Assembly (NCBI RefSeq): GCF_000497125.1
Contig: NC_090604.1
Coordinates: forward strand, 516,651-580,650
Source of the DNA: Spironucleus salmonicida
Lineage: Eukaryota
DNA: 64,000 bases
Direction of reading: 5' to 3'
A program made the position numbers and the translations under genes. The number at the start of each line of letters is the position of its first letter. Within the stretch, counting starts at the first letter, position 1. The notes under the pieces are model-generated. The model had not been told where the DNA came from. It saw only the letters and a program-made list of their open reading frames with translations, and made no database searches. Below are positions 26,694-41,984 of the stretch, in pieces.

Positions 26694-27512
26694 CGAACGG
26701 TTCGGGGTAGGATGGAAGCACGCGCGGTGGAGTTTTAAAGATGGATAGGTTTCATGGGAATATTGCGAGATACGGGGAATTGGGTCACGAGTGGTTGAAC
26801 CAGCGCACCAAAGCATGTTGAAGCGAAGTCCGTGTTAGGGTAATGCATCAAATATATGACAATGGCGGCTCGCAGAAAATAGGTGGGAGGGGCTAGGCAG
26901 AGATAACACTAACAATAATAAAGTAGCATAACCGTAATATAGGGGTAGGGCTCAAATGCTGCGTCCGCGCTAGGTGCGAAATAGCAGCAGTGAGTAGGTG
27001 TATAGGGTCAATGCGAATTTATGCGATTTCTGGTAGTTTATCGATGTTTGTACTATAATAATTTAAAATACCTGCTCGGGGACAAGCTTTCCTCCAGAAA
27101 CGGCCATTAGCTGGTACCGAACTTTTTGGATACCGAATTGGTATGGAACTAGTGTGCTGGTAGACTGACACCGCTTAATAAGTGTCTTGGGGTGTTCTAT
27201 ATTATTAGCGATGACATCAAGCCTGCTAGGTATGCATTATGAAACTGAACGCTAAATAATCTATATTTATATATATATTAAATTACCACATCATCATAAT
27301 GTCGTCCTCAGGTAAATTTGGTTGAAACTGCGCGGCCCTAGCAGAGATACACGCATGTTGAGTTGTAGTCTTTACTGGTCACGCTACAGTGTAAATTGCC
27401 AATGTATCATGCCATTGCTCCAAGTCAGCATTAACACTGTTAGACCTGCATACTATTGGAATATCCGAGTGGAAAGCTTAGCACTTACGTGCAGGCACAT
27501 ATCTATTACCAA

Positions 27513-28280
27513 TCACTGTTACTCCACTCTCTTCTTCGCCCTCCTAACAAAATAGTAGGCCAGACCTCCCACCACCGCGCCGACGACCAGCAAGACCCCA
27601 ATCAGGATTCCAGCCACTTCCCCGCCGCTCAAATTCTGGCTATTATCTTCCGGTTCGGGAAGTGTCGGGTCGTAAACCTCACCTGGTACCACATCATCCT
27701 TGGTGCAGATTTTGCCTATCTTGACGAGCCCGTCGGCGCACTCCGAGCACTCCCCATCCTTGCCCCGTTTCATGTTTTTCAGACACGACTTGCAGCTTTT
27801 TGAGTCATCTGTACACTCGGCACAGTTTTAGGATGCACGGCAGTTACACTGGGACGTAGAATTCTGATTGCATTGCTATGTATCGGAGATGGAACAATAT
27901 ACAAACTACTAGTATGTGCCGCAACGCTGCGCACACTCTCCCGTTATCAAAGTCGTGGGCTTGCTGATCCTGTTGTTACATTCTGCGCAAAATTTGAAAG
28001 AGGTGCAGGTGTCACAACCCTTGGCGCAGCGCTTGCATGTTTTACTGGTGCCATCACAGAATCCAAAGCCTTTCTTACGGCATTCCTGATTCGTGGAGCA
28101 CGTATCGACTGAAGGTGCGAGGTCGGTTGGGTCAGATTTATCGGCTGGACTCTCGCTCTGCTGGTGGGGGGCGCAGAGTCCTTGGGAGAGGTGGTATCCG
28201 GGTGTGCAGGTGGTGCAGCGTCCCTTCTCGCAGGATGCGCAGTTGGGGGTAGTTTGGGTGCAGCTTACGGATTCTGTCAT
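27513..28280 (-). CDS. CRMP type B, 255 aa
   Basis: MTESVSCTQTTPNC...GLAYYFVRRAKKRVEQQ-TGA under table 6. Confidence 0.9.
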
Positions 28281-29409
28281 TTTGGTTAATACGTAATTAT
28301 AAAAATTAGGCAATATAGTAAGCCTTTTAGTTTTTAGTTTTTAATATGTGATAATATATAAATAAAAACGTAAATAAAATCATTCTAAAAATAAAATATA
28401 TCGTCGTGGATGAGTAATAGCCTTAAATGCAATAATTTGGATAATGTACTTAATTCGCTTCAAATGTGTTTATATAAACAGCATGAAAATTAATATAATG
28501 CAAATATAAGTTAGCGTGCTTTTAAGTAAAGGTAATATAATTACATTATAGTATTGATTCGAAATATAGGAGAGAACAAAGTTAAAGCTAATATTTTTGA
28601 TATGATTAAGTATAACATCCGAATCATATATTATTTTCTAAAATTTGGTTTCTACATGTTTCAACATTCATAAATATAGCTAGTGAATGAGAACCGAGAA
28701 TAGCTGCAACTGCCTTGCTTAGATAGTGAGGCCGTGCCTGGTGTTGGACACATGACTTAGCCTATCTACAATATCGAATAGGAGTACCAGGTTAAAGAAT
28801 GCGATACTGTCCTACCAATTAGGATCCATTCTGCCTGCTCTAGGTAGACTCACCGGAGTCCTACTAGCATGGCCCATGGCCCAATTCAAAGGTGCTATCC
28901 TATTGACTTTCTACTTTGACGTACCTACTGCTCTGCATGGTTTAGTGTGGTTACTTTTAGGTGGTGCCATAACTTCCCTCCAGCGCGCCCCTTCTACCAG
29001 TACGGCTGCTCTACCGGGGATATCCTTCCTAACAAACTACCTATACCGTGCTTACATTAGTTAGAGTCATCAATCGCAAATTTAAAACCTACCAAATACT
29101 AAAGTTCAAATATAACTTCGCTAGCAACTGCAGTAAAATACGGATACTAATATACCCATAGCATGCAAAGTAACCATGTAATAGATTCTAATTTCTAGGC
29201 TTAATGTGCACACTATGCGCATTCCATGCGAGCTAGGACCACGACATATGCACTAACGCCTCGCCTTCTACCTAGTCTTCTTTCATGATAGTATTGCGTT
29301 TATGTATTTCTCTATATATATAAATCTGCTAAAATATAGAATCAGCATCGTCAAATACATTTCCATCATTTTGAAACTTTCGATATTCTATCATTCGCGA
29401 TGAGGACAG

Positions 29410-32400
29410 TAAAATGTTCAAAACTCAAAAAAATTCGAAAATTCTAAAATAACAAATTTATTGGGCAGGGACGAGTAACTACTACTAAAGTTAATATTTG
29501 ACCGCAACAAACTAACCTTATTCAACCATCAATTCTGCTATTTCAGATCATACTGGTAATCATTACGCCTTATAGTGCTTTATGCAGAATTAAGTTGCAA
29601 GAAAATTAAAGCTAATAGTTTAAATTTCCATCTTGAAGCAACTGCAAAGATTTTCTAGTTCTGCATACATTTATAAGAAATACTTACTTATCAGCAAGAA
29701 GAGTTACCTTAAGGGATCACTAAACCGCGACTAATCCTCCAAACATATAATTATTTTCGATGTGCAGCCCGCAATTCCTGCAGTCCACCTTGCCTTGCTT
29801 AATTACGACGAATTCATAAATTTCATACGGCCTTTTGTGTATCCAGCCACTTTACATATCCTATGAATTCGCTATCCCCATACCAATAATTGGCCAGAAC
29901 CTTGCCTCAAAGCCTGCACCCTGTCCCTATAATTGTTGTGTAGCGTTCTCATTACAGGAGAACATTCGGTGCATTCCCTGCAGCACCAGGAGCTACCTGG
30001 TATTTTGTATGTTAGAATGTGCCCTTGGATCATGGTTTATCCTATGTTATTTATTATTTAGCGGCACTGACTGACTCTTGCAGTTATCTGAAACTTCCGT
30101 GCAGATGTAGCAAGTCCCCATAAATTCGCTTAGCACGCTTCGTACTTAGTATGGTGAGCAGCGCCATAGGCAGTGCAGGTTGTATGGGTTGACTTAAGTT
30201 CATCTTTAGAAAACATAGCTAGCGTGCTGAAGGGGGACTATTTGAATAGGTTTTGCAGCTTGCAGAAGTTTGCGACTCAGTATCGCAGTTTTTATAGCGA
30301 ATGCCCCTTATTTGCAGGAATCGTTACAAATATACGCTCTTTATGCTAGTTAAAAGTGATATCTATATGCAACTCATGATGTTTAGATCACTGCATTGGA
30401 TATTATACAGTTTTTCGCTAATGCTTTCCAGCATCTGTAGAGATATACTATTTCAGCACCAGAATAAATTTACCACTGCTAGTTGAAGATATTATTGGCT
30501 AGCGGAAGCGCAGTTTAACACTTTTGATGCCCTTTTTGTAGCAACACTTGGGCATGCAGAGCAGCTGCACTAGCAGGTAGTTAGATCGCAACCGCGCCAG
30601 CGACTGGGAGTCTACTTCCCACATGACGAACACTCACTCCCCAGCTTTATGCTAATTCTGACAAAGCACGAGCCAGCTAGTGTCAGAACCACTTCCCTCA
30701 AGTTTTAGCACTTAACAGGAGTCCACACCTCGCAGCAAGAGAAATTTTCATCAGAACCTATCACAACCCTTTAGAATGAGAGATTTCTTCCATATACGTG
30801 AAATTACATTCACAGATAGTTAGCAGCAGAATAGACTTACTATCACAGGTATTTCAATCTTCGACCTGGGCAGAGCGGTTTTGTAGTTTACACACTCCTA
30901 CTCAGCAGGTACTTATGCTGCCGACCCGGAAGTACTTGCTAAAAGTACATCTTCAACCCAATGCTAGCAATACAAAGTACCCGATGAGCCTATTTTGCGG
31001 TTTCATGTACATGCAATACACTAACAGCAACTGGTACCAGTTTTACGCATTTCTGGCTCATCGCTCCAACAACCCTCGCAATTGGAGTAACTATTGCAGT
31101 CTGCTTTGTAACATCGCTCACAGTATATTTCCCTCACTATAGGAAAGAGTTATATGTATCTTTCGCAGTTGCCCCCACCTGCATGCGGGCACTGTGCCGA
31201 TACAATCGGAAGTAGCAAGAGGTAGTCTATGGGCAAGGCAGTCCAAACTACTGGGGCTCCCGGTTGGGACGCAGAGAAATTCCTGCCATCCACTTTACTG
31301 GCATCATCTGAACTGCGGTTTCCAGCGTCAAGGATCAAGTTTCATCACAATCACCACTATCAGAAACCGCTATCGGATTGCAGTCACCACAATCACGTTA
31401 CTGCCTGTTTTGGAGCACCTATTTTCAATCTGAAAACGTATCCGCGTTGAACGTTATACACGCATCGTTGCTAGAATAAACATCATAACCCCTGGAGCAG
31501 ACCTTATTATAGTGCAACCCCGTCAGCACAGCCCTGCAAGTTTTAGGCCTCAGGAACTTTTAAAATTCTTAATACAACCTCTTCAAATATTCTGCAATAG
31601 CTGGTTTTACCAAAACTATCCACGTCAGAAACTTGCCGTCCTGGCATTCCTATTACTCAATTTTAAGCCAACTAGCTCAATCTAAATTTTTTTTGGTGCT
31701 TGGTGAATTAATGTGTATTAGCAGATTTACCCAGGGTACTAAAAGTTTTGTGCGAGCTGCATTATATTGAAATACCTATCATCGTAAAAAGTACATTCCA
31801 AGTCACTACCGCATTCCTTGCAGCGATTTTCACCCGCCTCACATTTTCATATCTTAAGTTGTGAATTTAGCCGTATAATACGCACTATCATTGTATATTG
31901 CCTGTACCATAATTACTTGTAATTGCGATACATTTGTTACAATTTTCAAATTTAACGCAAAATTAAGTATTTTTATATTTATTATGTTCCCCGGATTCGT
32001 TTTTTTACAGGTTCATATATAGATCGTATATTCCAGTAGGCTGGATTTATTTTGGAGTATTCTTATAATAGATGTAGGTTTCGTTGCATTTAGAGCATTT
32101 ATTACTATTGTTGGGAAATAATCCGTTTTAGCAAATTTTGTAGGTGGTCGCGTTCTTCCAAATTAGACAATTTTTATGGCAGACTAAACACAATTTATCA
32201 AACAAGAAAAAATCTTACATTTCGTACACGTGCTAGTGTTGCATTCTGAGCAATTTTGTTGGCAAGTATTGCATTAATTATCGGATAGTTTGAATTCCTC
32301 AAAACAAGCTGAGCAGCTTTTATCATCAATACAGGTTTTGCAGTCATTCCTGCATTATATGCATTTAGCTTCGTCTCCTAAAAATCTATCTGGCTGGAAT

Positions 32401-32726
32401 TTATCACATGCTGGATTAATTCCTCATTGAAGGCAGTTATCTGGACACTTTTTGCACGTATTTTCTTCCAACTTAAAACCGGATACGCATGTAAGACAAT
32501 TAGAATCTGCATTAAAGGAAGCACAGTTTGTAGAGCACTTTTTACAGAGGTTATTGTGAACCGAGTATCCCAGATTGCATTAATCACACGTTCTTCGACT
32601 ATACAGCTAACATTCTGCACAATTATAAACTCTGCATGCGGAACATGGTTTATTCCACATACTCCTGTCCAATTCACATACAAAGCCAATTGGGCATGTC
32701 TGACTCCAGCATAAGTACTCTGATAT
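29410..32726 (-). pseudogene. Long CxxC-rich pseudogene, copy 3 (start ATG changed to ATA)
   Basis: Homologous to copy 1; ATA at 32724-32726; same internal TGA. Confidence 0.7.
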
Positions 32727-33238
32727 TTTTGGAAAAGTGTCAGAAGATAAAGTATATAAATTTATAAATTAGTGGTGGTTAGTTTCTGAATAAGGTATTG
32801 TATATTGATTTTTCTTGCATGCATATGTTACTAAATTACCGGTGAACAACTTTTTAAAATGGCTATATTTAGCAATAATTCACTATGGAGGAAACTTAAA
32901 CTAGAAAATGATGTAGGTTACGAGATGATTTACTAATTATAAAAAATTATTATAATTATTTAATTATTTCGATATATCTTTTATATATAAATAATCATAT
33001 AAGAGAAGATTAAGTGTGAGAAACTACTTTATTAATACTGGAATATATTATAAGTCTATATAAAATATATAAGTTTGAAAAATTACACTTACACTATTAT
33101 AAAAATTAAAAACTGAGTTAAATTGTATTGTATAATATATGCAAAACATTACAACCTAACAGTCATTTTACTGAATTTGACAAGTAATATCATTAGTAAG
33201 ATAAATTACTAAATTTCCTGAATATAGACGGATTTCCA

Positions 33239-34093
33239 TCACTTTTTAGTCTTTTTAATTAAATAAAATGCCAGACAACTCCCAACTGCCCCAACGACCG
33301 CCAAAACACCAACCACGATACCCACAATCACCCCAGTACCAATTCTGTTGACCTCTCCAGATTTTTCGTCCGCCCAGCACATATCGCCAATAAATTTGTA
33401 TCCAACAGCACATGTATTACAGGCCCCATCGTCCCCCTTAACTACATTAGGCAAGCACGTCTCACAGGCATCCTTAGAGGTGGTGCACGAAGCGCAATTG
33501 AAAGCGAATCCGCATTAGCAAGCAGAATCAAGCCCCGCAACACAGGCCGTGGCCGTTCCGTTTTTGCAATATTTTCTGTCTTCCATATCCTTACAAGTCG
33601 GTGTACATTATCCAGCTATCGTTGTTATATGAGTCATCCCATCGCACGCGTTGCAGAACATCGCCGAAGAGCAAATATCACATTTATCACCACACTTCAC
33701 GCACCTCTTTGAGGATATCTCGCAAAAGGTCGAACCATCATTATCGCAGTCATCATTGCTATTGCACACTTTGACGCATTTGCCACGTTCCATTACGAAC
33801 ATATCAGCGCATTTCTCGCATGAATTGGATTCGGTGCATGCGCCACAGCCTTTTGAGCATTTCTTACAGGCATTTCCACTGAGATAAGTGCCAGGGAGGC
33901 ATGTTGAACAAGTAGTACCATTGCATTCCTGACAATTTGTTGTCACTATATTATCCTTACAGTGGCAGCCTTGACCAAAGGCAATCTCTTCTGTGCACGG
34001 TTTACAGGCAACTGTATTATGATCGGTAGCTGGGCAAAAATGATTTGCCATACAGTTAGTGTCACGTTGAGTACATGTGCCAGGATCTGCCAT
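33239..34093 (-). CDS. CRMP type A, 284 aa, copy 3 (tail KKTKK)
   Basis: Continuous under table 6; few substitutions relative to copies 1 and 2. Confidence 0.93.
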
Positions 34094-35854
34094 TTTAAAA
34101 ATAGAATATGGTATTTCACCTGATAATATGGAAGAAAAAGATATTGCATATTAAACTTCATGAGACATGCATATACATCACTTTACGTTATAATTTAAAA
34201 CCAAACTCAAATATTTTTAGTTTGTGATTGGTATATAATGTCAAATATATTACACAAATATAAAAGAAACTTAACAAGACAAATATATTGAATTATATTT
34301 AACTGGGCGCTAGGACAACGATCAGCAGCCCACAGTAAAGCGTGGGCCGCTCTTGCCCATTTTCCAATACTTCCACTCCAAAAATAGATTTAACATAATA
34401 TTCCATTCCAATTATACAGCTCCACTCCAAATTAGTAAGCCACATTATTATAGACTCACTATCAGATTTAAACTAAGTCGGCCAACCAGCGTAAATTTCC
34501 TTTGGCGTTTGGGCCTCCCAAAGCCACTAAAAAGTTAGTTGGCACTGTCCAAATTGCGGAACCTAAACATTGTAGTTCCCTTTATCCCGGAGCGCAGCCC
34601 CGCCGCACTGCCTTTCTTGGCATCGGCCATTGTGCCCATTACGTTACAGCATCAGAGTTTTTGACGCAGAACCGGCCCGAATATCATGCTTCTAGTATCA
34701 GTAAGTACGGAGGGGGATCTTGGCAGCCTTCTGTGAGATGGGCTTCGCGGGCTGGGACGCTATCCGGAGTTGCGATGGCCTGACTTAGTACCTCCAAGGT
34801 GCGTGGTGGACCACGATGGGCATATCAGCTGATGCCCTGTATTGCGCTCCTGGTAAGTATCACCGTTAGCAAAATACTATTCTTACGCATGCCCAGCACG
34901 CCAGATCGAGTACTAATGTGTTCATTCTACAGTTTCAGGGGACGTGTAAGAGGAGGAACGCGAGTGTGCAGCAGAGGTTGCAGAGGTTGCAGAGGACATC
35001 GTAGCAGGGCGTAGCGATACCGGTGGCCTATGTGTAGATAAGTGTACTGAGTCGTGTAGCGGCATATCAGCGACGCTCACGGTATTCCCACTCGGAAAGT
35101 GTACTAGTACTGAGGTTCTGCATGCGCCCAGGCAGTGATGGACAGTCTGCTAGGTAGCGAGGTCTGATATTTAAAGGCCAGCTACGTCCCCATGTTTCCC
35201 AGAGCCTTCCGCATGAAGTTCCAGAACATATAACATTCCAGATTAAATATAAAATCCCCTTCCATCTCAAGTTTACCTTCGCTATGGTCACTATTATGCA
35301 GAGAGCCCGCCCGCACGATAGTATTTGCCGGTGCAGCGTGTCTACTGCCCCCAGCTGACCCATTCAGTGTAAAGCAAAAATAAAATTATTAGTACTATCC
35401 ATTCCCCGCTACAACTACCATCCCACCACCACTCCCGTGCTAGAGGATCGGATCACGCTACCTACGCCTTTGCTGCACGGGCGTCGGACAGCAAGCTTTG
35501 GTACCACCTGCGGGGTACCTTCACGATGCAGTTTCGGCGAACGAGGATACTTGGTTGCGGGTATAACTATATAGTCCTGCACCTGGTTTCTTCCCTTCAG
35601 GCCGCACGCGAACCCTGAGCTAGTAGGGATTTGGTGGGAAAGCGCGGTAATGCCTGCACGCTCAGGCCCATGCAAAATGGCCCATCCTGCGCTGCTAGGC
35701 TTAAACTGAGTGGAGTTCCGCACTTAGGCGTTTACATTTGTAAAGGAACGCTCCACACTGGGGCGGAATGCCAAATCGATAGTGGGATAGCCCCCTCTAG
35801 CAGGGACTATGCCCAGCGCTGCAACCCACATCCCTCAAATTCCCACAGAAAACC

Positions 35855-37358
35855 TCACTAGGCCATCGTCTGGCACTGAATCATCACGAATACCGGAGCC
35901 AGAGTTCACTGCCAGGAACAACCCGAGACAGGAGAGCTAGGCCGCGAGGAACATCACGTAATTGTCGTAGTCGTTCTCGGTGCTCGCCGTGAAGAAGCTG
36001 GACCAGCAGCCAGGATGCCGGCGATGCCCGGTTGGTCTGGTACGCGAGGATCTGCATCGCCCCTTCGAGTCAATGGAGATTTGAAGGACTGCCAGAACAC
36101 GACCTCTAGCCTGCTGCTAGTTATCACCAGCTACATGGTGTCGCTAGTGTACGTGCAAAGGTCGTCGAAGGGGCTGCATACCCGGAGGGCAATCTTGTCG
36201 CTACTTGAGACGGCAATAACGGTCAAATAGATGCAGTGTTTGACACCTTACACCCGCATGTAGAACGGCAACTTATGTCCCAACTCGCGTCGCGCTAATT
36301 GCTCTAGGGGTACAGATTCTTACTTTCTGTAAACACCCTGGACAGATCTCTTACGCTAGCAAAATATTCGTTTTCCCGTATGCTTCTAGCGAATACCCCG
36401 CAGTTACCAGAATAATTTGGTCCTAGTAGGTAAGCATTGAGATGAAGTCTGCAGCAACGCTATCTGCACTAATTACACACTCCGGATGACTGCTGAACTG
36501 ATCATGGCCCAAATATACCTGTCCGGGTCAAATAGCGCGTAATGCTGGTTCTCTCGCCGCACGCCAATGAGCCGTCAGCTTACTGCCGTATTGCGTCTTA
36601 AATAACTATCGTCTCGACTCCGACAGTATCGTAAATAAGCCCCACACCAAATCTGGACTACAAATTGGTAGTGATGAAGCTAATTATAGTAGAGCACGTT
36701 TCATTTTCAATCTCGTCAACAATTTCCCTACACTGCAGCTAGCAACGGGTGACACGGTTGTGAACGCACGGATGCTTGTATTCGCCAGCGTCGGTGCCTC
36801 ACTCAAAGTCCCTCATGACGAGATTTGTAGTATTCTGCTAAAAGGTGATCCTGGGGTACAGTTTAGCATCCTCCGGCATCGTGTAGTTGTTCGGTGACAG
36901 CTCAAAAAATATATTTCGTCGCCTTGGATCGCGGAATAGGAGAAGGCCAGGTTGCTCCAGTAGGAGGAGACGTCCGCTATCGGGTCCTTAATCTGGTTCA
37001 GAGTTCCCCGGTAGTCGCCTGCCTTCTGGATTTTTACTACGTACTCGGCGCTGACTATTTCGATCAGGGTCGTGATCAGCGCTGGGTGAGGCTCGATATC
37101 GGAAATACGCCCTCGTTCGTTCGTGACGTTGGCGCGGTAGACGAAAGGGCGGGCAGTGAATACGGGGATACTACTGGTCGTTGTACCCTCGTAAATGAGC
37201 TCCGCAGCGGCGTCGGAGCGTCAAGCGCGAGGCAGAGGGTCCAGCGGCACCTGAGGTATGAGGAAGACAGTCAATAGTCTGGACTGTATTTCTCCCTCTA
37301 AGTACGATTCCGTGGAGAAGCAGTTTGGGGCCGATGCGCACAGAGCAATTATGAGCAT
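35855..37358 (-). pseudogene. Signal-peptide membrane protein pseudogene, copy 3
   Basis: Homologous to 10710..12212. Confidence 0.58.
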
Positions 37359-38504
37359 TCTGGCCAAAGATAATATTATGATATTATATTAGTATGGTAA
37401 CTATGTTCGTTGTTGCTTTTACGCTTATTTGGATTTCATATAATAGGCGTAACCCGAAATAAGGTGTTATTCTGGAAAAATATGATAATGTGGAGTAGAT
37501 AGTATCCTAGGCATAAATAGTCCAAAACAGCAGTTTGGTAACAAGTACTTATATATCATGCCGGTTTATAGTTAATAAACACGAACCTCGTAGTATTTTA
37601 ATTAATTTAATTACACTTGTTTATGCACCATCTCGCCAGTGCAACACACCATTAACTACTAGCAGGAACTTCCAGCTAGCTTTGAGCAACTACCTGTCCT
37701 CTTTCTGCAAGAAACTAAAATAATTACTATAGCATATAATATACAAATAATCCAATAAACCACAACTTCAATATGCTCTTATATAACTTTATTTACGATA
37801 ACAACTCTATTCCATTAACCGCTTGGCCAGAGCGGTCAAAATCAACAAACCCGTCCAGAAAAAATGATGCGGGGGTCGGGATTCCTCTTTTCCCATTTAC
37901 GATGAATTCTCTGACACGACTTCGTAAATGCATGCCTCTTAGCGCAGCAAGCCAGGCCGCAAAGTGGTTCGGGCGATGGCTACGCGCTACCGAACTTGAG
38001 CGAAATATACCTAAGCCGTAGAATAGCATTACTATATGTAAACTGATATAGTATAGAATATGGAACTAGATGAAAGGGCCCCGTTTCGAAGCCGCTCTGA
38101 ATGCGAGGCTTCGGTGCATTCCGCGCGAAAGGCCAGCATCTGAGTTGGAAGACCGTCGCTAATCCACTTTGGGCAGGTTCAAATTCGGTATAGTAATTGA
38201 TATTACTGTATACTACTATAGTATGAATTGCAGACAGGCGCGTGCTGCCGAACTAGGGGCTCCACAGAACACTGCAGGCGAGTTCGTAACAGCGAGCAGA
38301 ATTTTCCCACAATATAGGCCCAAAGTTGCTGCGTGGAATAGGGCATTGATGGTGTGCATTTTTCATGAAATCTAACGCACCAGACATTCGCTGCCTATAT
38401 TTTCTAAATCCCATTCTTATACATATTCAAACATCATTTGCAAGATCTCTGCATGCGCTCCGCGACCTTTTCGGCAGCTTCTTGGACACCTAGAATATTT
38501 TATC

Positions 38505-39268
38505 CTAGAGAATTTTCTTGCTTCTCTTCACAAGGTTAGATGGTAACTCTCGGACTGAGCACATGTCGTCACGATGCCAGTAATCGCCGTAGTTCCTATT
38601 TTCTTACCTGATCTCCCGTTAACTCTGGCAGCCAGAATCTCTATAGTCTCCAACCGGCTCCGCAGGGAGCGCAATACCCGCCGATTTGAGTGCGGGGTTC
38701 GGCACGCATTGATACCAGGGTTTAGTTAAGGACATACAGGTAGTCCACAGCGCCTAGTACGTGCAGGCGGAGTCCCTGCAGAGGTTCCGCGGTGAAACAT
38801 AAGCTGTCCCCAAATGATCTCAAATCGGAGTGCAGACACCATCAGGTGTTATGAAATAAATTGTATTATCTCCAGCGGCAGATAGTATCCGGTCTGTTCT
38901 GGGGAATTTCCCGACATACTTTCGGCGCCTCTTGGATGGAGGGTCATGGCAAAGTGATTTCAATCTAATGTAGTCGCCGCTGACTTTTCTAGGTCCAGAG
39001 CGGAATCGTAGCGGAAACGCAGGTAGGTGGTGACATTGGGAACTAGGGAATACCGCACTGGCCATTTGCATGAATGCTCCCGTGACGTGTTCAGTACGTA
39101 CAATTCCGGGCATAGCTGGCGAAATTGTTTTACTGCACGTAAGCTTGGCAGTAGCATGTACATTATGGGCTTAAGATGCTGAGGCACCTTGGGGTGCAGG
39201 TGGGCAGAAATAGTCGGCTTTCAGGTCTTGCCTGGTGTGGGTGGGCAGGAGGATGAGTTACGCGCATA
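38505..39268 (-). pseudogene. Decayed CRMP relic, copy 3
   Basis: Homologous to 13360..14122. Confidence 0.65.
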
Positions 39269-40087
39269 CGAACGGTTCGGGGTAGGATGGAAGCACGCGC
39301 GGTGGAGTTTTAAAGATGGATAGGTTTCATGGGAATATTGCGAGATACGGGGAATTGGGTCACGAGTGGTTGAACCAGCGCACCAAAGCATGTTGAAGCG
39401 AAGTCCGTGTTAGGGTAATGCATCAAATATATGACAATGGCGGCTCGCAGAAAATAGGTGGGAGGGGCTAGGCAGAGATAACACTAACAATAATAAAGTA
39501 GCATAACCGTAATATAGGGGTAGGGCTCAAATGCTGCGTCCGCGCTAGGTGCGAAATAGCAGCAGTGAGTAGGTGTATAGGGTCAATGCGAATTTATGCG
39601 ATTTCTGGTAGTTTATCGATGTTTGTACTATAATAATTTAAAATACCTGCTCGGGGACAAGCTTTCCTCCAGAAACGGCCATTAGCTGGTACCGAACTTT
39701 TTGGATACCGAATTGGTATGGAACTAGTGTGCTGGTAGACTGACACCGCTTAATAAGTGTCTTGGGGTGTTCTATATTATTAGCGATGACATCAAGCCTG
39801 CTAGGTATGCATTATGAAACTGAACGCTAAATAATCTATATTTATATATATATTAAATTACCACATCATCATAATGTCGTCCTCAGGTAAATTTGGTTGA
39901 AACTGCGCGGCCCTAGCAGAGATACACGCATGTTGAGTTGTAGTCTTTACTGGTCACGCTACAGTGTAAATTGCCAATGTATCATGCCATTGCTCCAAGT
40001 CAGCATTAACACTGTTAGACCTGCATACTATTGGAATATCCGAGTGGAAAGCTTAGCACTTACGTGCAGGCACATATCTATTACCAA

Positions 40088-40855
40088 TCACTGTTACTCC
40101 ACTCTCTTCTTCGCCCTCCTAACAAAATAGTAGGCCAGACCTCCCACCACCGCGCCGACGACCAGCAAGACCCCAATCAGGATTCCAGCCACTTCCCCGC
40201 CGCTCAAATTCTGGCTATTATCTTCCGGTTCGGGAAGTGTCGGGTCGTAAACCTCACCTGGTACCACATCATCCTTGGTGCAGATTTTGCCTATCTTGAC
40301 GAGCCCGTCGGCGCACTCCGAGCACTCCCCATCCTTGCCCCGTTTCATGTTTTTCAGACACGACTTGCAGCTTTTTGAGTCATCTGTACACTCGGCACAG
40401 TTTTAGGATGCACGGCAGTTACACTGGGACGTAGAATTCTGATTGCATTGCTATGTATCGGAGATGGAACAGTATACAAACAACTAGTATGTGCCGCAAC
40501 GCTGCGCACACTCTCCCGTTATCAAAGTCGTGGGCTTGCTGATCCTGTTGTTACATTCTGCGCAAAATTTGAAAGAGGTGCAGGTGTCACAACCCTTGGC
40601 GCAGCGCTTGCATGTTTTACTGGTGCCATCACAGAATCCAACGCCTTTCTTACGGCATTCCTGATTCGTGGAGCACGTATCGACTGAAGGTGCGAGGTCG
40701 GTTGGGTCAGATTTATCGGCTGGACTCTCGCTCTGCTGGTGGGGGGCGCAGAGTCCTTGGGAGAGGTGGTATCCGGGTGTGCAGGTGGTGCAGCGTCCCT
40801 TCTCGCAGGATGCGCAGTTGGGGGTAGTTTGGGTGCAGCTTACGGATTCTGTCAT
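40088..40855 (-). CDS. CRMP type B, 255 aa
   Basis: Near-identical to 27513..28280. Confidence 0.9.
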
Positions 40856-41984
40856 TTTGGTTAATACGTAATTATAAAAATTAGGCAATATAGTAAGCCT
40901 TTTAGTTTTTAGTTTTTAATATGTGATAATATATAAATAAAAACGTAAATAAAATCATTCTAAAAATAAAATATATCGTCGTGGATGAGTAATAGCCTTA
41001 AATGCAATAATTTGGATAATGTACTTAATTCGCTTCAAATGTGTTTATACAAACATCATGAAAACTAGCATACTGCAAATATAAGTTAGCGCGCTTTTAA
41101 GTAAAGGTAATATAATTACATTATAGTATTGATTCGAAATATAGGAGAGAACAAAGTTAAAGCTAATATTTTTGATATGATTAAGTATAACATCCGAATC
41201 ATATATTATTTTCTAAAATTTGGTTTCTACATGTTTCAACATTCATAAATATAGCTAGTGAATGAGAACCGAGAATAGCTGCAACTGCCTTGCTTAGATA
41301 GTGAGGCCGTGCCTGGTGTTGGACACATGACTTAGCCTATCTACAATATCGAATAGGAGTACCAGGTTAAAGAATGCGATACTGTCCTACCAATTAGGAT
41401 CCATTCTGCCTGCTCTAGGTAGACTCACCGGAGTCCTACTAGCATGGCCCATGGCCCAATACAAAGGTGCTATCCTATTGACTTTCTACTTTAACGTACC
41501 TACTGCTCTGCATGGTTTAGTGTGGTTACTTTTAGGTGGTGCCATAACTTCCCTACAGCGCGCCCCTTCTACCAGTACAGCTGCTCTACCCGGGATATCC
41601 TTCCTAACAAACTACCTATACCGTGCTTACATTAGTTAGAGTCATCAATCGCAAATTTAAAACCTACCAAATACTAAAGTTCAAATATAACTTCGCTAGC
41701 AACTGCAGTAAAATACGGATACTAATATACCCATAGCATGCAAAGTAACCATGTAATAGATTCTAATTTCTAGGCTTAATGTGCACACTATGCGCATTCC
41801 ATGCGAGCTAGGACCACGACATATGAGTTAGCGCCTCTCGTTCTAGCTACTCTTCTTTCATGTCAATATTGCTAGCATGTATTTCTCTATATATAAATCT
41901 GCTAAAATATAGAATCATCACCTCCTAATATATTTATATCATTTTGAAACTTTCGATATTTTATCATTCACGATGCGGACAGTA

